Positions 1-11,713 of a DNA stretch of 64,000 nt are shown piece by piece. The translations under genes were made by a program, and so were the position numbers. Source of the stretch: Balanoglossus misakiensis. Taxonomy: Eukaryota > Animalia > Hemichordata. The notes beneath the pieces are model-generated. The model had not been told where the DNA came from, ran no database searches, and saw only the letters and a list, made by a program, of their open reading frames with translations. Numbering within the stretch: the stretch's first letter is position 1; the number at the start of each line of letters is the position of its first letter. The stretch is from NCBI GenBank assembly GCA_040954595.2, contig CM082577.2, positions 13,399,903 through 13,463,902 of the forward strand, given 5' to 3'.

Positions 1-779
1 GACCAAACTGTTGGTTCAATTTTTGCAACATTTTATTATTTCAAGCTGTGCAATATTTGCAACTCTGTTTCAACTTTGGTTGGAGGGATTATGATGTAGT
101 CATTTCACTGACAAAATAGCGCTACTAACTGATGTCAATGTTTGTTTACAGTCAAATGCATTGCCATAATAAAAATACATGTGAGAAATTTCTTATGTGT
201 ATGATACGCACGTTTGTGCATGACTGCAAACTCTGTTACAGATGTGAAATTCTAAGGGTTGAATTCATTGGGTAGAATTCATGTTTTATGGATTCTTAAA
301 CAAACTTAGTCACGAAAGCTAAATGGTTACCTCAGAGAAACTGTTAAATTTGGTCATCAATTGCTTTAAATCACACAAGACATTCCTAGAGCTCAGTTAC
401 TGCAGCAGTCAGTTTCAACTCGGCTTGCAAATTGGGATCATGTCTTGTGTTCATCGAGACTGTCTGTAGTCGAGTTGACAGTCCTATGTTCTCAATGGTG
501 AACCTACAAATGTTCTTTCCTATGAAGTTGTTATAAATCTAATGTTTCAGGATTTGCATTCATATTGACACCTTAAACAATACATCTGTATTGCAAATAT
601 GGCAGGGTTGGGTACCTCTTCTTAATTGCATGACTGTCGAACACCTTCTCTGTACTGTTTGTGCCAAAATGTTGAATAACCATTTGTTTTCAAGATTGCC
701 GTAAAATGGGCACCCAAAACAAGACAACTGCATTGCAGATATGGCATTTTTGTTCAACTCTCTCAATTTGCCTAATCCA

Positions 780-2760
780 AAATGACCGGCAAACTCCTCT
801 AACATGTAAATTTCCCATGGTTGTCTTAAATGGTGTGTAATATCGCATTTGCAGGGTTTTCATCAATATGGGTACCTAAAACAATTTCAACGTGGTTGAC
901 ATGGCAATATTAGACAGCTGTTCTAATTTGCATAATCCAAAATGGCCGCCAAACTCCTCTTACATGTAAATTTCCCATGGTTGTCTTAAATGGTGTGTAA
1001 TATCGCATTTGCAGGGTTTTCATCAATATGGGTACCTAAAACAATTTCAACGTGGTTGACATGGCAATATTAGACAGCTGTTCTAATTTGCATAATCCAA
1101 AATGGCCGCCAAACACCTCTTACATGTAAATTTCCCATGGTTGTCTTAAATGGTGTGTAATATCGCATTTGCAGGGTTTTCATCAATATGGGTACCTAAA
1201 ACAATTTCAACGTGCTTGACATGGAAATATTAGACAGCTGTTCTAATTTGCATAATCCAAAATGGCCGCCAAACACCTCTAACATGTAAATTTCCCATGG
1301 TTGTCTTAAATAGTTAAGCAATAAAACACCCCCAGCCATGGTATATCACGAGATTTTGACCAGTTCACGACATATACGCACGAGCGATAGCGAGTGCGTA
1401 TATGGAGTTGAACTGGTCAAAATCGAGTGGTATACCATGGCTGGGGGTGTTTTATTGCTATTATATTATGCCAGTATATTGAAACTTTGCATAAAACATT
1501 TTAAAAAGGCATTTTCTTTAACTATGATATATGACTGTGGTATATGGCTAATATATCACGGTCACGTGTCGTGTCTCGACCAATCAAATAGCGTGATTTA
1601 CACCATCAATATACTGGTATAATATAATGTGTAATATCGCATTTGCAGGGTTTTCATTAATATGGGTACCTAAAACAATTTCAATGTGGTTGACATGGCA
1701 ATATTAGACAGCTGTTCTAATTTGCATAATCCAAAATGGCCGCCAAACTCCTCTAACATGTAAATTTCCCATGTTTGTCTTAAATGGTGTGTAATATCGC
1801 ATTTGCAGGGTTTTCATTAATATGGGTACCTAAAACAATTTCAATGTGGTTGACATGGCAATATTAGACAGCTGTTCTAATTTGCGTAATCCAAAATGGC
1901 CGCCAAACACCTCTAACATGTAAATTTCTCATGGTTGTCTTAAATGGTGTGTAATATCGCATTTGCAGGGTTTTCATTAATATGGGTACCTAAAACAATT
2001 TCAATGTGGTTGACATGGCAATATTAGACAGCTGTTCTAATTTGCATAATCCAAAATGGCCGCCAAACTCCTCTAACATGTAAATTTCCCATGTTTGTCT
2101 TAAATGGTGTGTAATATCGCATTTGCAGGGTTTTCATTAATATGGGTACCTAAAACAATTTCAATGTGGTTGACATGGCAATGTTAGACAGCTGTTCTAA
2201 TTTGCGTAATCCAAAATGGCCGCCAAACACCTCTAGCATGTAAATTTCTCATGGTTGTCTTAAATGGTGTGTAATATCGCATTTGCAGGGTTTTCATTAA
2301 TATGGGTACCTAAAACAATTTCAATGTGGTTGACATGGCAATATTAGACAGCTGTTCTAATTTGCATAATCCAAAATGGCCGCCAAACTCCTCTAACATG
2401 TAAATTTCCCATGTTTGTCTTAAATGGTGTGTAATATCGCATTTGCAGGGTTTTCATTAATATGGGTACCTAAAACAATTTCAATGTGGTTGACATGGCA
2501 ATATTAGACAGCTGTTCTAATTTGCGTAATCCAAAATGGCCGCCAAACACCTCTAACATATAAATTTCTCATGGTTGTCTTAAATGGTGTGTAATATCGC
2601 ATTTGCAGGGTTTTCATTAATATGGGTACCTAAAACAATTTCAATGTGGTTGACATGGCAATATTAGACAGCTGTTCTAATTTGCATAATCCAAAATGGC
2701 CGCCAAACTCCTCTAACATGTAAATTTCCCATGTTTGTCCTAAATGGTGTATAATATCCC
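780..2760. repeat. 160-bp tandem satellite (~12 units), interrupted by a ~314-bp insertion
   Basis: Unit marker 'catgtaaattt' recurs at ~803, 963, 1123, 1283, then 1757, 1917, 2077, 2237, 2397, 2557 (variant), 2717. Period is 160 except for one 474-bp gap. Diverged units continue to ~560. Confidence 0.95.
1312..1628 (+). mobile_element. Non-autonomous double-hairpin element, Crypton(V)-like
   Basis: Long stem 1318-1458 (gcaataaaacacccccagccatggtata ... tataccatggctgggggtgttttattgc) and a second inverted pair 1460-1482/1606-1628. Begins ttaagcaata, ends ccaatca...tataatataat, no clear TSD. Family assignment rests on recalled resemblance to non-autonomous Cryptons. Confidence 0.65.
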
Positions 2761-2855
2761 ATCCATTGCCAACTAAGTGCGCATATTTCTTAATCTGCAC
2801 CACAAAACTGATGCAAGGATTAGGACTGGAAATGTATGTGGCCAACTGGCCGACA

Positions 2856-3070
2856 CCCCGGGCGAGGGTACTCCAACTATTTTCAGCACGTAGTCTGCCG
2901 CCCAGTTGATAATATCAACATGTGTAAATGCCAAAAACCCGACCTATTTGTATTATAAGTCAAATTTTATGGTCATTTACCATATTCTCTTGCATATGAA
3001 GTTTTTCTTAAAGAATACATACCCATATACCTTTGTATGGGAGCACACATCCCCCCACCCCCACCCCCGT
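2856..3070. mobile_element. Degenerate MITE with CCCGGG...GTACTCC terminus
   Basis: Starts ccccgggcgagggtactcc and ends with decayed gggagcac...cccccc, a terminal motif common in marine invertebrate MITEs. Confidence 0.35.
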
Positions 3071-3124
3071 GCCAACACTAGGTGGACAACTTTATTCTTC
3101 CTAATATACTTCTTTATAAGTCTA

Positions 3125-3519
3125 AACATTCATATAGAGAAGGCAACATGTTCTTGAAGCTGCTGACTATGGAAATATGATGAAGTATATTTTTCCTAGC
3201 TGTGCATGTGTAGTATAATTGGCCCAATGTACCAATTTGAGATGTGTGCCTTACAAGCAACACAGGCTGTATGCTAAGCCTTGTCTGTCGGCACTATGAA
3301 GGGTATTGGAAGAATGTCTCTGCTGGCCAAAGTGGCCAGCAGTCTATCATAAAGGTCGGAAAAATAGCCCTAAAAGGTATGACACTGTCTGCAGATCTAG
3401 TGCATGAGTGGATTGATACATTTCCCATCACTGTACATGCATCAGCCTGTATGGATGATATGTACTCTAGCATTATGCACCAGATAAAAATGGTCAAAAT
3501 TGCAAAAAAAAGGAGATGA
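3125..3519 (+). pseudogene. Decayed fragment of a DNA-transposon-type protein
   Basis: Frameshifted motif series REGNMFLKLLTME..MMKYIFLAVHV then VCRHYEGYWKNVSAGQSGQQSIIKVGK..KGMTLSADLVHEW. Resembles the REGxxxL..YFFxAGHxxYAR..RHxxGxW..DQxxEQ..GxTL..W pattern of a widespread invertebrate transposon protein family; superfamily uncertain. Confidence 0.4.
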
Positions 3520-3989
3520 AACTCCCGCTAGCCTTTAACGCAATCCGTAGATAAAGAGACAACATGTTCAGGCATTGGATCTAAACATGGTGGATACTGA
3601 CGAGGGTGTGTTGAAAGATGGTGAATCCCTGGATGTTTTGAGGTCGGAATTCTGAAAAGGATTCCCATCGTGAGATTGAGGAATAGGATGATGCAGAGGG
3701 GCTGGCTCTTTGTGACTCCTATCAGTCGGAATAGACATATATTTTGGATACAGAGGTTGCACTTCCATACTTCATGATTAGTACGGTAAACTTGGGTTAA
3801 AATTCTGACTGAAGATGTCTATCAGAAATTATAACTTAAATTTAATTACAAATACAATTCCCTGTTTCAGGCTCAGAACAGTTATCATGCATAAAATGTT
3901 GAAAATTTTGTTCCAGTTATATTCACACGACCTGATATATGGCGCATTTCTTTACTTGTTGTTTAAATAGCATTAGAAATGAATTTTAT

Positions 3990-4540
3990 TCATGAAAACC
4001 CTAACAATTATGCAAATAAGGTGAGTAGGAAAATATGCAATATTTGCAATGCAGTTGTATTGTTTTGGGTGCCCATATGAACGTATCTTGAAAACAAAAG
4101 ATTATTCACTATTCACTACGGCCATTTTTGATTATGCAAATGAGAAGAGTTGCCTAACACAGCCATATTTGCAATACAGTTGTATTGTTTAAGGTACCCA
4201 CATGAATGCAAATCCTGCAAATGCGATATTGCGCATCATTTCGGGAAACATGGCAAAATTTCACTTTCAGTGGTGATTGTTGGCCATTTTTGATTATGCA
4301 AATTAGAAAAGTTGCCAAACACTGCCATATGTGCAATACATGACCAATATGGATGCAAATCCTGAAATATTAGATATTACACATAACTTTGAGAAAAAAG
4401 GGCAACATTTTATTTAGAGAAGGTATTTGACGGCCATTTTTGATTATGCATATTTTAGAGGAATTGCCCAACATTGCCATTTTGGCAACTCAGCTGGAAT
4501 AGGTCCAGGCTGCCATATGAATGCAAATAAGCAAAAAACT
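3990..4540 (-). repeat. Diverged, inverted units of the 160-bp satellite family
   Basis: For example 4048-4110 gcagttgtattgttttgggtgcccat..tcttgaaaacaaa is the reverse complement of ~680-735. ggccatttttgattatgcaaat recurs at ~4120, 4282, 4431. Confidence 0.75.
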
Positions 4541-5160
4541 TCATAGGAAAGAATATTTCTAGGTCGGAAAATTTTGACTCAACTTCTGGTTCTAATAATA
4601 GGTGTAAGGATGTGATCCCTGGACCATTCGTTTGATTTTGCAACATTTTACAATTTCAAGCTGCATGTATTTAACTCTGTTGCAATTGTGGTTGTGGGGA
4701 CAGATGGCTTAAGCCATTTAGCTGACAATATAGCACTACTACACCAGAGGTTGTGAAGTACCTTGACAATGCTTGGAAAAAGGTTGCAAAAAAGCTTTGT
4801 GTTGAAGCTTGCTACAAAAATTGGTGAGCTGAAGTCTCATACCAGGTTTTACTGATAGTTTGCCAATCCAAAAAAGGTGATTTTTTGGCTGGTGGGCAAA
4901 TATTTGGGATTTTTAAATTGAATTTCCGGCCGCGAGATGTGAAAAAGAACATCATTCACCAAGGTACTAGTCTTTGTCGAACCTCAGATGTAACTACATG
5001 TACCTTTGTGAAAACTTAAAATTCAAATCTTTTGTCAAGGTTAGGGTTTGTAAAGTTCTTCATCTCGTTGAAAAAAAATCAACACAGCTTTTCTATACAA
5101 ACCTTTAAACAAGCTGAAATTGTTGAAGCTTTGTCAAAAAATGTTTCTTTCTATTTTACT

Positions 5161-5287
5161 TCAATTCAAACCACAAATTCTCCTAGTAACTTCCATACTA
5201 TAGAGATACTCATGTACACATGAGATGTTACAAATGAGTTTTTCTATAGTATGAAAGTTACAAGTAGAATTTGTGGTTGTTGATTGA
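5161..5287. repeat. Imperfect ~125-bp palindrome
   Basis: accacaaattct..gtaacttccatactataga pairs with tctatagtatgaaagttacaagtagaatttgtggt. Confidence 0.7.
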
Positions 5288-6059
5288 TTTAAAGAACAGT
5301 AATCGTCATAGACACATGTTTCAAACCATAGCCTCTGGTTACAGAAGTTGTAAACAGTCAATCCCATAAGGCAGTGCGCTGTCCTAACAACTGACAAGGT
5401 GACAGCGACCATAGTCTGTGTCGCGATGTCGGAGATCTGGCAAACACTGCAAATTGGGTGAAAAGAAAGGACAAAACTAGAATCGAATTTCCTTATTAAC
5501 TAGTAAAATCCTTACTTGGGGATACTTACACTGTTTGGAATGTAAACTAATTCCCTCCAACAAAGATGGTTCCACTGCACTGCGTACGAGAAAAGATTCT
5601 CCAAGGCAGTGTAGATCGTGCACAGAATACTGGGCGGCTTTGAGCAGAAGCTGGAAGAGAGTAAAACACATTATCCTCACGCTCGTGGAGGCGGACTGTG
5701 AAAGAAGCAAATTTTATGAAGCTGTACAAACTACCAGTATATTCTTTGTTCAGAGGGAAAGAAATAATAATCGACTGTGAGGACAACTGCATGAATTGGC
5801 TGAGATTTGCAGCGATAGATTACTAGCAGTGGAATTGCTCAGGTGCAGCCAAGACACAGATGGTGTCACATGATGGCAAGTACATGTACATATCATCGTA
5901 AAATTGTGCCAAAAATTCAGGCGTACCATCAGAAATTCACTAAACTTTCCAGGTCGACTGTTCAATTGTGTACGGGTTGTCACCAAAACAATCAGACAGT
6001 TGGGTTCAAGATCATATTCAGTTTGAATATTATAATTGCACAAGGCTTGTGGAAACCTA

Positions 6060-6295
6060 GCTCTGTCAGGCAAGCTGGGCTTTGTGTCTTACGGCCTCCC
6101 ACCACAGCAGCCCTGCTCACTTCCAATACTAGGCTAAGCTGGCGGATTTACAATTGATCTGTTGCACAGTAGTTTCATAGAGAATTTCCATCTGTGAACC
6201 AAAACTCGTGCACAGAGCGCAGTTAACGAGCACACCTCATTCATACAGGACAACAAAGCACCTCACAAATTGTACAACAGCCCCCTTTGAACTTT
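6060..6295. repeat. Unclassified interspersed repeat (second copy at ~56430-56690)
   Basis: accaaaactcgtgcac...cgagcacac..catt..ggaca.caaa....ctcacaa.ttgtacaac.gcccc is shared, in the same orientation, with 56560-56670. Confidence 0.7.
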
Positions 6296-6559
6296 CTGAG
6301 AGGAAATCTTGAATCTCGCTCCCCCCCCCCCCCGAAATTACGCACATGCGCGTAAGCCGATCTGGAGCCTTTAAATAAAGGTAACTGCGTTCAAGTAATA
6401 CACAACAGGCAGTGAATGTATTTGAATTCAGTTATTTTTATTATTCAATATCAAATATCAATATCACATGCAATCATATAAATACAAGCAATACTGTTAC
6501 AAATAAAGCAAACCCCCACAAGAATCACAATATTCAGAATTAAGGTCTGAATGAGTTAA

Positions 6560-7430
6560 GGTAAGTGTTCACCTGACGAGCCACTTGTGAGCATTGTGAA
6601 AAAGGCGCAACTCTGAATACATTATAAATATGATTGTGACTTCTAGTCACCATGAAAACGAATAAATTTTCCTGAGACATGTGCAGAAAAAGCAGCTGTG
6701 GCACCCCCTCAACGAAAGCTGTGGCCAGAGAAGGCACTTGGTGGAAAACCTGCCCGGTCAAGCAAAGTGCACAGTTTGGTTGTGAAACCTTTTGTGTGTG
6801 AGGACAGACAGTTTCGACCCATTGGGTACACAACTGCTTTTGCAGTACTTTGGGGCAGGGATTATTGATATACCATGTATAGTGCACTACCGAAGGTAAA
6901 TAAAGTGGTGAACCAGTGAGGGATATAATTGGGATGGAATGCACTCGGTTAAGACTCTGATTTGTCTTCGACCATGTGATTGCAATTACCACCACAGTAG
7001 GGGGAACTTAAAATTCCTACGGGAAAGGTGGACTGTAGGGTCAAACTTCCCCTCGTCTAGGGGAACCAAAATGGACTTTCGCAGAAACAAGTGGAATGCC
7101 GTGAGAAAAGCAGACCACAGAGTAATATCTCCAGGCGAGGATGAATCCAAAAACTGGAGAATCGATAACAAAATGCCTGCGGTAATGGCTAATTTACGTC
7201 TGGGGACCCAGAGAATACAGTGGGAAATCCCTTGTGTTAAACGTGGTAAAATAGGGTGGACTATCTGCCCATCAAATCCATTAAACTCATGCAAAAGTCT
7301 TGCAGCGTTCATGTATTGCTACTGTGTACTTACTGTTTCTGACATGACCTGAATAAAAAACAATTGTTCGTGGAGATGCTGGAATTGGTGTCATGCCAAA
7401 ATGAAGGCAAAAGATAAGGTAAGTCTTCCA
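6560..7430 (-). pseudogene. Tyrosine recombinase of the DIRS/Ngaro element (disrupted)
   Basis: RKLAITAGILL..LWSAFLTAFHLFLRKS..FDP, ITWSKTNQ, GHSFR*GGATAAF (~6688-6726), HGD*KS..YL; the catalytic motifs carry stop codons. Confidence 0.85.
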
Positions 7431-7559
7431 CTAGGAATCAAAATTTCGCACATAGGGTGGCGTCAATTTCTGATTCAGGCAACCTTATCCTTTGGGGTTT
7501 GTTTCTGCTCCTGTGGAAAGGTCAGAGATATTACCAATTGTTGTTTACACTGAAATAAA

Positions 7560-8690
7560 TTGTCATCAATGTGATAATTTCTCGTGCCTCGGCCTCTAGT
7601 CAGCTTAACAAAACGATGGCGACTGCTGCCATTTTGCTCCCAACGGCTAAGGGCGTCTGTCACCCTGTTTTCTTGGCCATGGAGATGCACTGCTTTGATT
7701 TGGAATTGATGCGTAGCTGCTGTGTTTTCATGTGATCTCGTGTGCAGCCGGCATTGACATTGGCTTCATTATTGCACTGAATAATCAACCTACGACCAAC
7801 CAGTTGGTCAGCCCATAATATGCATGCTATGACCACAGTCATCATTTCTAAACAGCTGATGTGGAACTCAGAACTGCGTACATATTCTGGAAACTGACAA
7901 TGAAAGTATTCATTCAGGTATGTGCCCCCCAACACCCAAAAGTCAAGCATCTGCTGTGAGTAATTCATCAAGTAAAAACCAATCTTCAATTGGTACTAAT
8001 GATGTGCTGTTGAAATCATCTAAGAAAGTCAGCAACCACCGATGCCTTTTTTTTATTTCTGAGTTTATGTTGAAACGGTGGTGATCGCACCTGAGTTTGG
8101 GCACAGTAATGTTATTGATTGTGTCAAACTTGCGGCCTCATAAAACCATGACTGCCAGACTGGTGCTGGTTGACAGGCTTTCTCCTTTGTTTCATCAAGC
8201 CCTCTGCTCTGAAGCAGGTTCGCTGAATGGGAGAAGGCTGGTTCAAGCTCTTTAGGGGACTCAGCTCCCCAGAAATCGTCAAGATGTTGGTTGTTTGCTG
8301 ACTAGCTATAGAAACTGCACAATCCAAACGGCATTTTCGAATCAAAATACATGTCTCTCCATGAATAACATAATAAAAAGTTAACCCGAGGGTCAACAGG
8401 GATTTGGTGACAGGCTCTTTTTAAATCTCTCTTGTAAAGTTAACAAGCTGTACCCTTCTTTCTGATTATGTCAGCCATCTTGTCTATTCCTGGGTATGTC
8501 AGTGAAAGGAGGCCATCCAAATAGGTGTAGGGATGCCATCATTCACAGAATGGCCAGTGGGTAACTCAAATCCACCACAACCCTCCTGTCTGTGAAATTT
8601 TATTTCTCGACTGTAAGTAATGTGGAAAGAATGATGGGTTTGTCAAATGGGCACTCTTAAAATGGGCCAATTATACTGTCAACAAATGGT
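7560..8690 (-). pseudogene. Reverse transcriptase/RNase H remnants of the DIRS/Ngaro element
   Basis: ORF 7660-7989, ORF 7475-7690 and manual translation of 8530-8680 give DIRS-type RT and RNase H motifs. The RT core appears partly deleted. Confidence 0.75.
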
Positions 8691-8762
8691 TTTCTTTGGT
8701 AGTGTATGTATCAACATGGTCTTCATATCAGCGCGAACGCAAGCTCGTCAAATGACCGTTAA

Positions 8763-9263
8763 AGGCACGTAAGCTGCAACTGGATAAAAAATTAAAGTTT
8801 TAAATAATCTCATATATGCTTTTAATTATGTCTATTAAATATTTCATGATAATATATCAAGCTCAACACTTAATTATGACAAAATGGCCAAAAATTAAAG
8901 AAAAACGAAAATTCCTGCAATTTAAAAAAAAGGGCAATATTGCAATGAAAAATGAAAATCTGATGTCTCAGTGGTGAACATTTACTTCCATGAGCTCAAG
9001 TGGATGAGATCATGTTTTGTTTATGAAGTTTCACAACCGGAAATGCAACATTTTCATTGTTTCTTGCATTTTCCCACGGTGGCGGCCATAATCGCTTGCG
9101 GCAAAGCTTTATTATTTATCTGGTTAAAACTTGCATATGCACTCATATTTAGGGTTTATAATGCTTGTGTATAGTTCACTGCCTTCATCTGCATGGACTA
9201 ATGGTAGTTCAGTTTGAAACAAAAATTATGAAAATTATCCCAAAAGTTACAGCTTACGAGCCT
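8763..9263. mobile_element. Non-autonomous TIR element with TTAA target duplication (Kolobok-like)
   Basis: TTAA|aggcacgtaagctgcaact ... agttacagcttacgagcct|TTAA; ~19-bp imperfect TIR with AG termini. Confidence 0.8.
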
Positions 9264-9937
9264 TTAATCATGGTGTTTTCTAAACTTTGCAGCGCCCCCA
9301 ACGTTATCTTGTTTTCAAATGCGGAAGTGGTGTGCTGATTTCCCGCGTAATTTTCTAAGCTTATTTACGTCGAAATAATCGTATTTTACCAGTCATTGTC
9401 ACCATTTATCGATAGTTTGTAGTTTAAGCTATTAAACGACACATTTTTACCGAAATATCTTGATAAACCTTACGGAAAACTGATAAAACTTACAGTGACC
9501 CGAAATTTGGAAAAATAATAAACATCGAATTTATAGTGTTTTAAGAGGTGCAGCACTTTCTTATAAAAAATAATTGTAACATTTTGAAACGATTTTTGGT
9601 AATTTCAATATATATTGACGATTTGCGAAAAAAAATTTGTGTACCCCCATGGGTCTTACAAAATCGCCCCTGATTACAAGTGCAACAATTCCGTTCTATT
9701 GCATGTATAGTATACGTAGCGTGAGCGTCTCCTCGTGGGTGAACTGAATTTTCGTGACATGTTGATGTGATATTGCTTTTCATACCTCGAAGACTTACTT
9801 TTACAAAGGTTCTGACCAAAAAAAAAACATATTTTCTTTGTGATTTTCAATTGTCTACTTGTCGTATTGGTGTCCGGGACTATTGTCTGGCTCAAACGGA
9901 GCTCCATCGTGTGTCGGTCACGTCATATCGGCTTATT

Positions 9938-10135
9938 ATGAAAATGATCGGTAGTTTGAAAACGGCCTTTCGGTACTGCACTACGCTCTTTGGCTTATTA
10001 TGAAAAAGACCGACAGAGTTTGAAATGATCGGTAGTTTGAAAACCGCCTTTCGGCACTGGTGTTTATCAGCCAACATTGGCACTACGTTTAGTGGCCGAC
10101 AAAGTGTGAAAATGATCGGTTGTTTTTAACACCTA
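9938..10135. repeat. Three diverged ~80-87-bp tandem units
   Basis: gaaaatgatcggtagtttgaaaac(g/c)gcctttcgg at ~9941 and ~10022, and a decayed copy at ~10108. Confidence 0.7.
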
Positions 10136-10937
10136 TATCGGCATAGAACAATTAATAGACGACGACACAGCATTTTTGTACAATTCTAGTCTTTATTGTT
10201 GATCATGATCGCACTGACGTGTAACACACTCAATTACAACCCAAACATTCACCCTCACAACCCCCCTCGGCCTCCCCCACGAAGTAATGGTATCACACGG
10301 GGTAAAGTTAGTGCCGTATACTTGTACGTACGATACACCAGATCCCACTTGTACATGGTTCACTAAGATGTGCAGCAAATTTTTATACAAGCTCTAAGGA
10401 AGGTAACATTTTCCAGTATTACAGCTAAGTAAACAATCTAGGGTTCGAACACAGTTTTTTGTACCACTTACCACTTGCAGTTTTCGAAATATTCGTCTCG
10501 AAACATTGAAAATTGCAATTTTACGACTAAACAAACAATACTACGATCTCATAAAAAACTACTAGCATAATTATCTGACCTTATGAAGACACAAAAATTG
10601 AACTCGATACAGTTGGAGGACCACTTTCCACAATCAAATCGTCGTTTAAAAAAACACACGAGGATATCCGAAGATACACGGCCTGATTTCTGACGGTGTT
10701 GTTTTCATGAAATTTATCACGTGACCTCTGCTAAATGCGCGCCCTCTATGAGAGCAACCTGCTTTCCGGCTGTATGTGTAAGCAGGTTTGTGATTGGAAG
10801 TGACAGAGCTAGGTTGTTGTGGTGCGGTATTAATCCTTTGGGCCCTGATACGGGTTTTGGGACGGCGGCGCGAACCATCGTATGACCGAAGTGGTGCAAT
10901 ATCCTTATCAGGGCTGGAAAGGTTTTATCATGCCAGG

Positions 10938-11713
10938 TGTTACGACCCGCAGGCCGTCCGAGGCAAAAATATGCGGAGAATAGAGAGGCCAATTTACCTG
11001 ACCGGGTGGCTTGTTTTACACTTTAACCGGCCAACAGGCCGCAGCAAAATAAATGATCAATGACAGCACACGTACAACAAACCAGTCTATTTACAGTGTT
11101 AATTTAATTACAGATACGAGTAAATTTCACAAATATGTTAACTAATATTTACAATCAAGTACAAATTAAACTAACGAGCGTGTCCAGGTGACCAAACAAA
11201 ATCCCTACCAAGTTCAAAGTCTCACAAACAGTACGGCGTCTCGACGCACGACGATACTGGAGTTTCACTCGACGCACAGCAATTCTGGCCTTTCTGTCCG
11301 TTTTAAGCCGGGGTACAAAAGAGACAGCCACGTATTACCTCAAACTGCATATCCACCGTGTAGTCCACAAAGACAGCCACGTATTACCTCCAATGCAGTG
11401 ACACGGAGACGCGCTCCCTCAGGACGGCTTCCAAATCCCACGCGGCGTCCTCGAAAACATCCACCACGACTTTACAAGTCCCTTCGGCAGTGTCAATCCT
11501 CAGCTACCACAGTAGACAGGCACTCCGGTCGGGGGACTCCAAGACGACGGCACAGCAACCAGACCAGAATCAAAATGAGCCACAAGACAACGTGGCACTG
11601 GGTGGCTTTTATACGACTAAAAACTAACACCTGGTCACGCTAATATGCTAAATAAAGAAATCAACATAGGTGCACCTGGCCACGAAACAAAACAAATAAG
11701 AAACTTCATCACA
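10938..11713 (-). mobile_element. Probable solo LTR (~776 bp)
   Basis: TGTTACGA...TCATCACA termini (imperfect inverted); flanks cagg/ctgg (4-bp TSD with 1 mismatch); TATA-like cgtataaaagcc on the minus strand at ~11603-11614. Confidence 0.5.

Larger units (their letters stand above)
6330..8720 (-). mobile_element. Decayed tyrosine-recombinase retrotransposon (DIRS order, Ngaro-like), 5'-truncated
   Basis: Minus-strand domain order RT, RNase H, YR. RT N-terminus GPF*ECPF..RRVVVDLSYP..SVNDGI (~8530-8680); RNase H EYFHCQFP..HISCLEMMTVVIACILW..CNN and HLHGQENRVTDALSR (7640-7990); YR (6560-7430). Many stops and frameshifts. Confidence 0.85.

Noticed and set aside
780-2760. Satellite, or the 9938-10135 and 56755-56885 repeats, as a CRISPR array
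   Set aside because: Units repeat over their whole length with no unique spacers, there are no cas genes, and the context is eukaryotic.
11188-11643. 151-aa Arg/Ser/Thr-rich ORF
   Set aside because: Lies within the putative solo LTR, with a short internal duplication and no domain signature.
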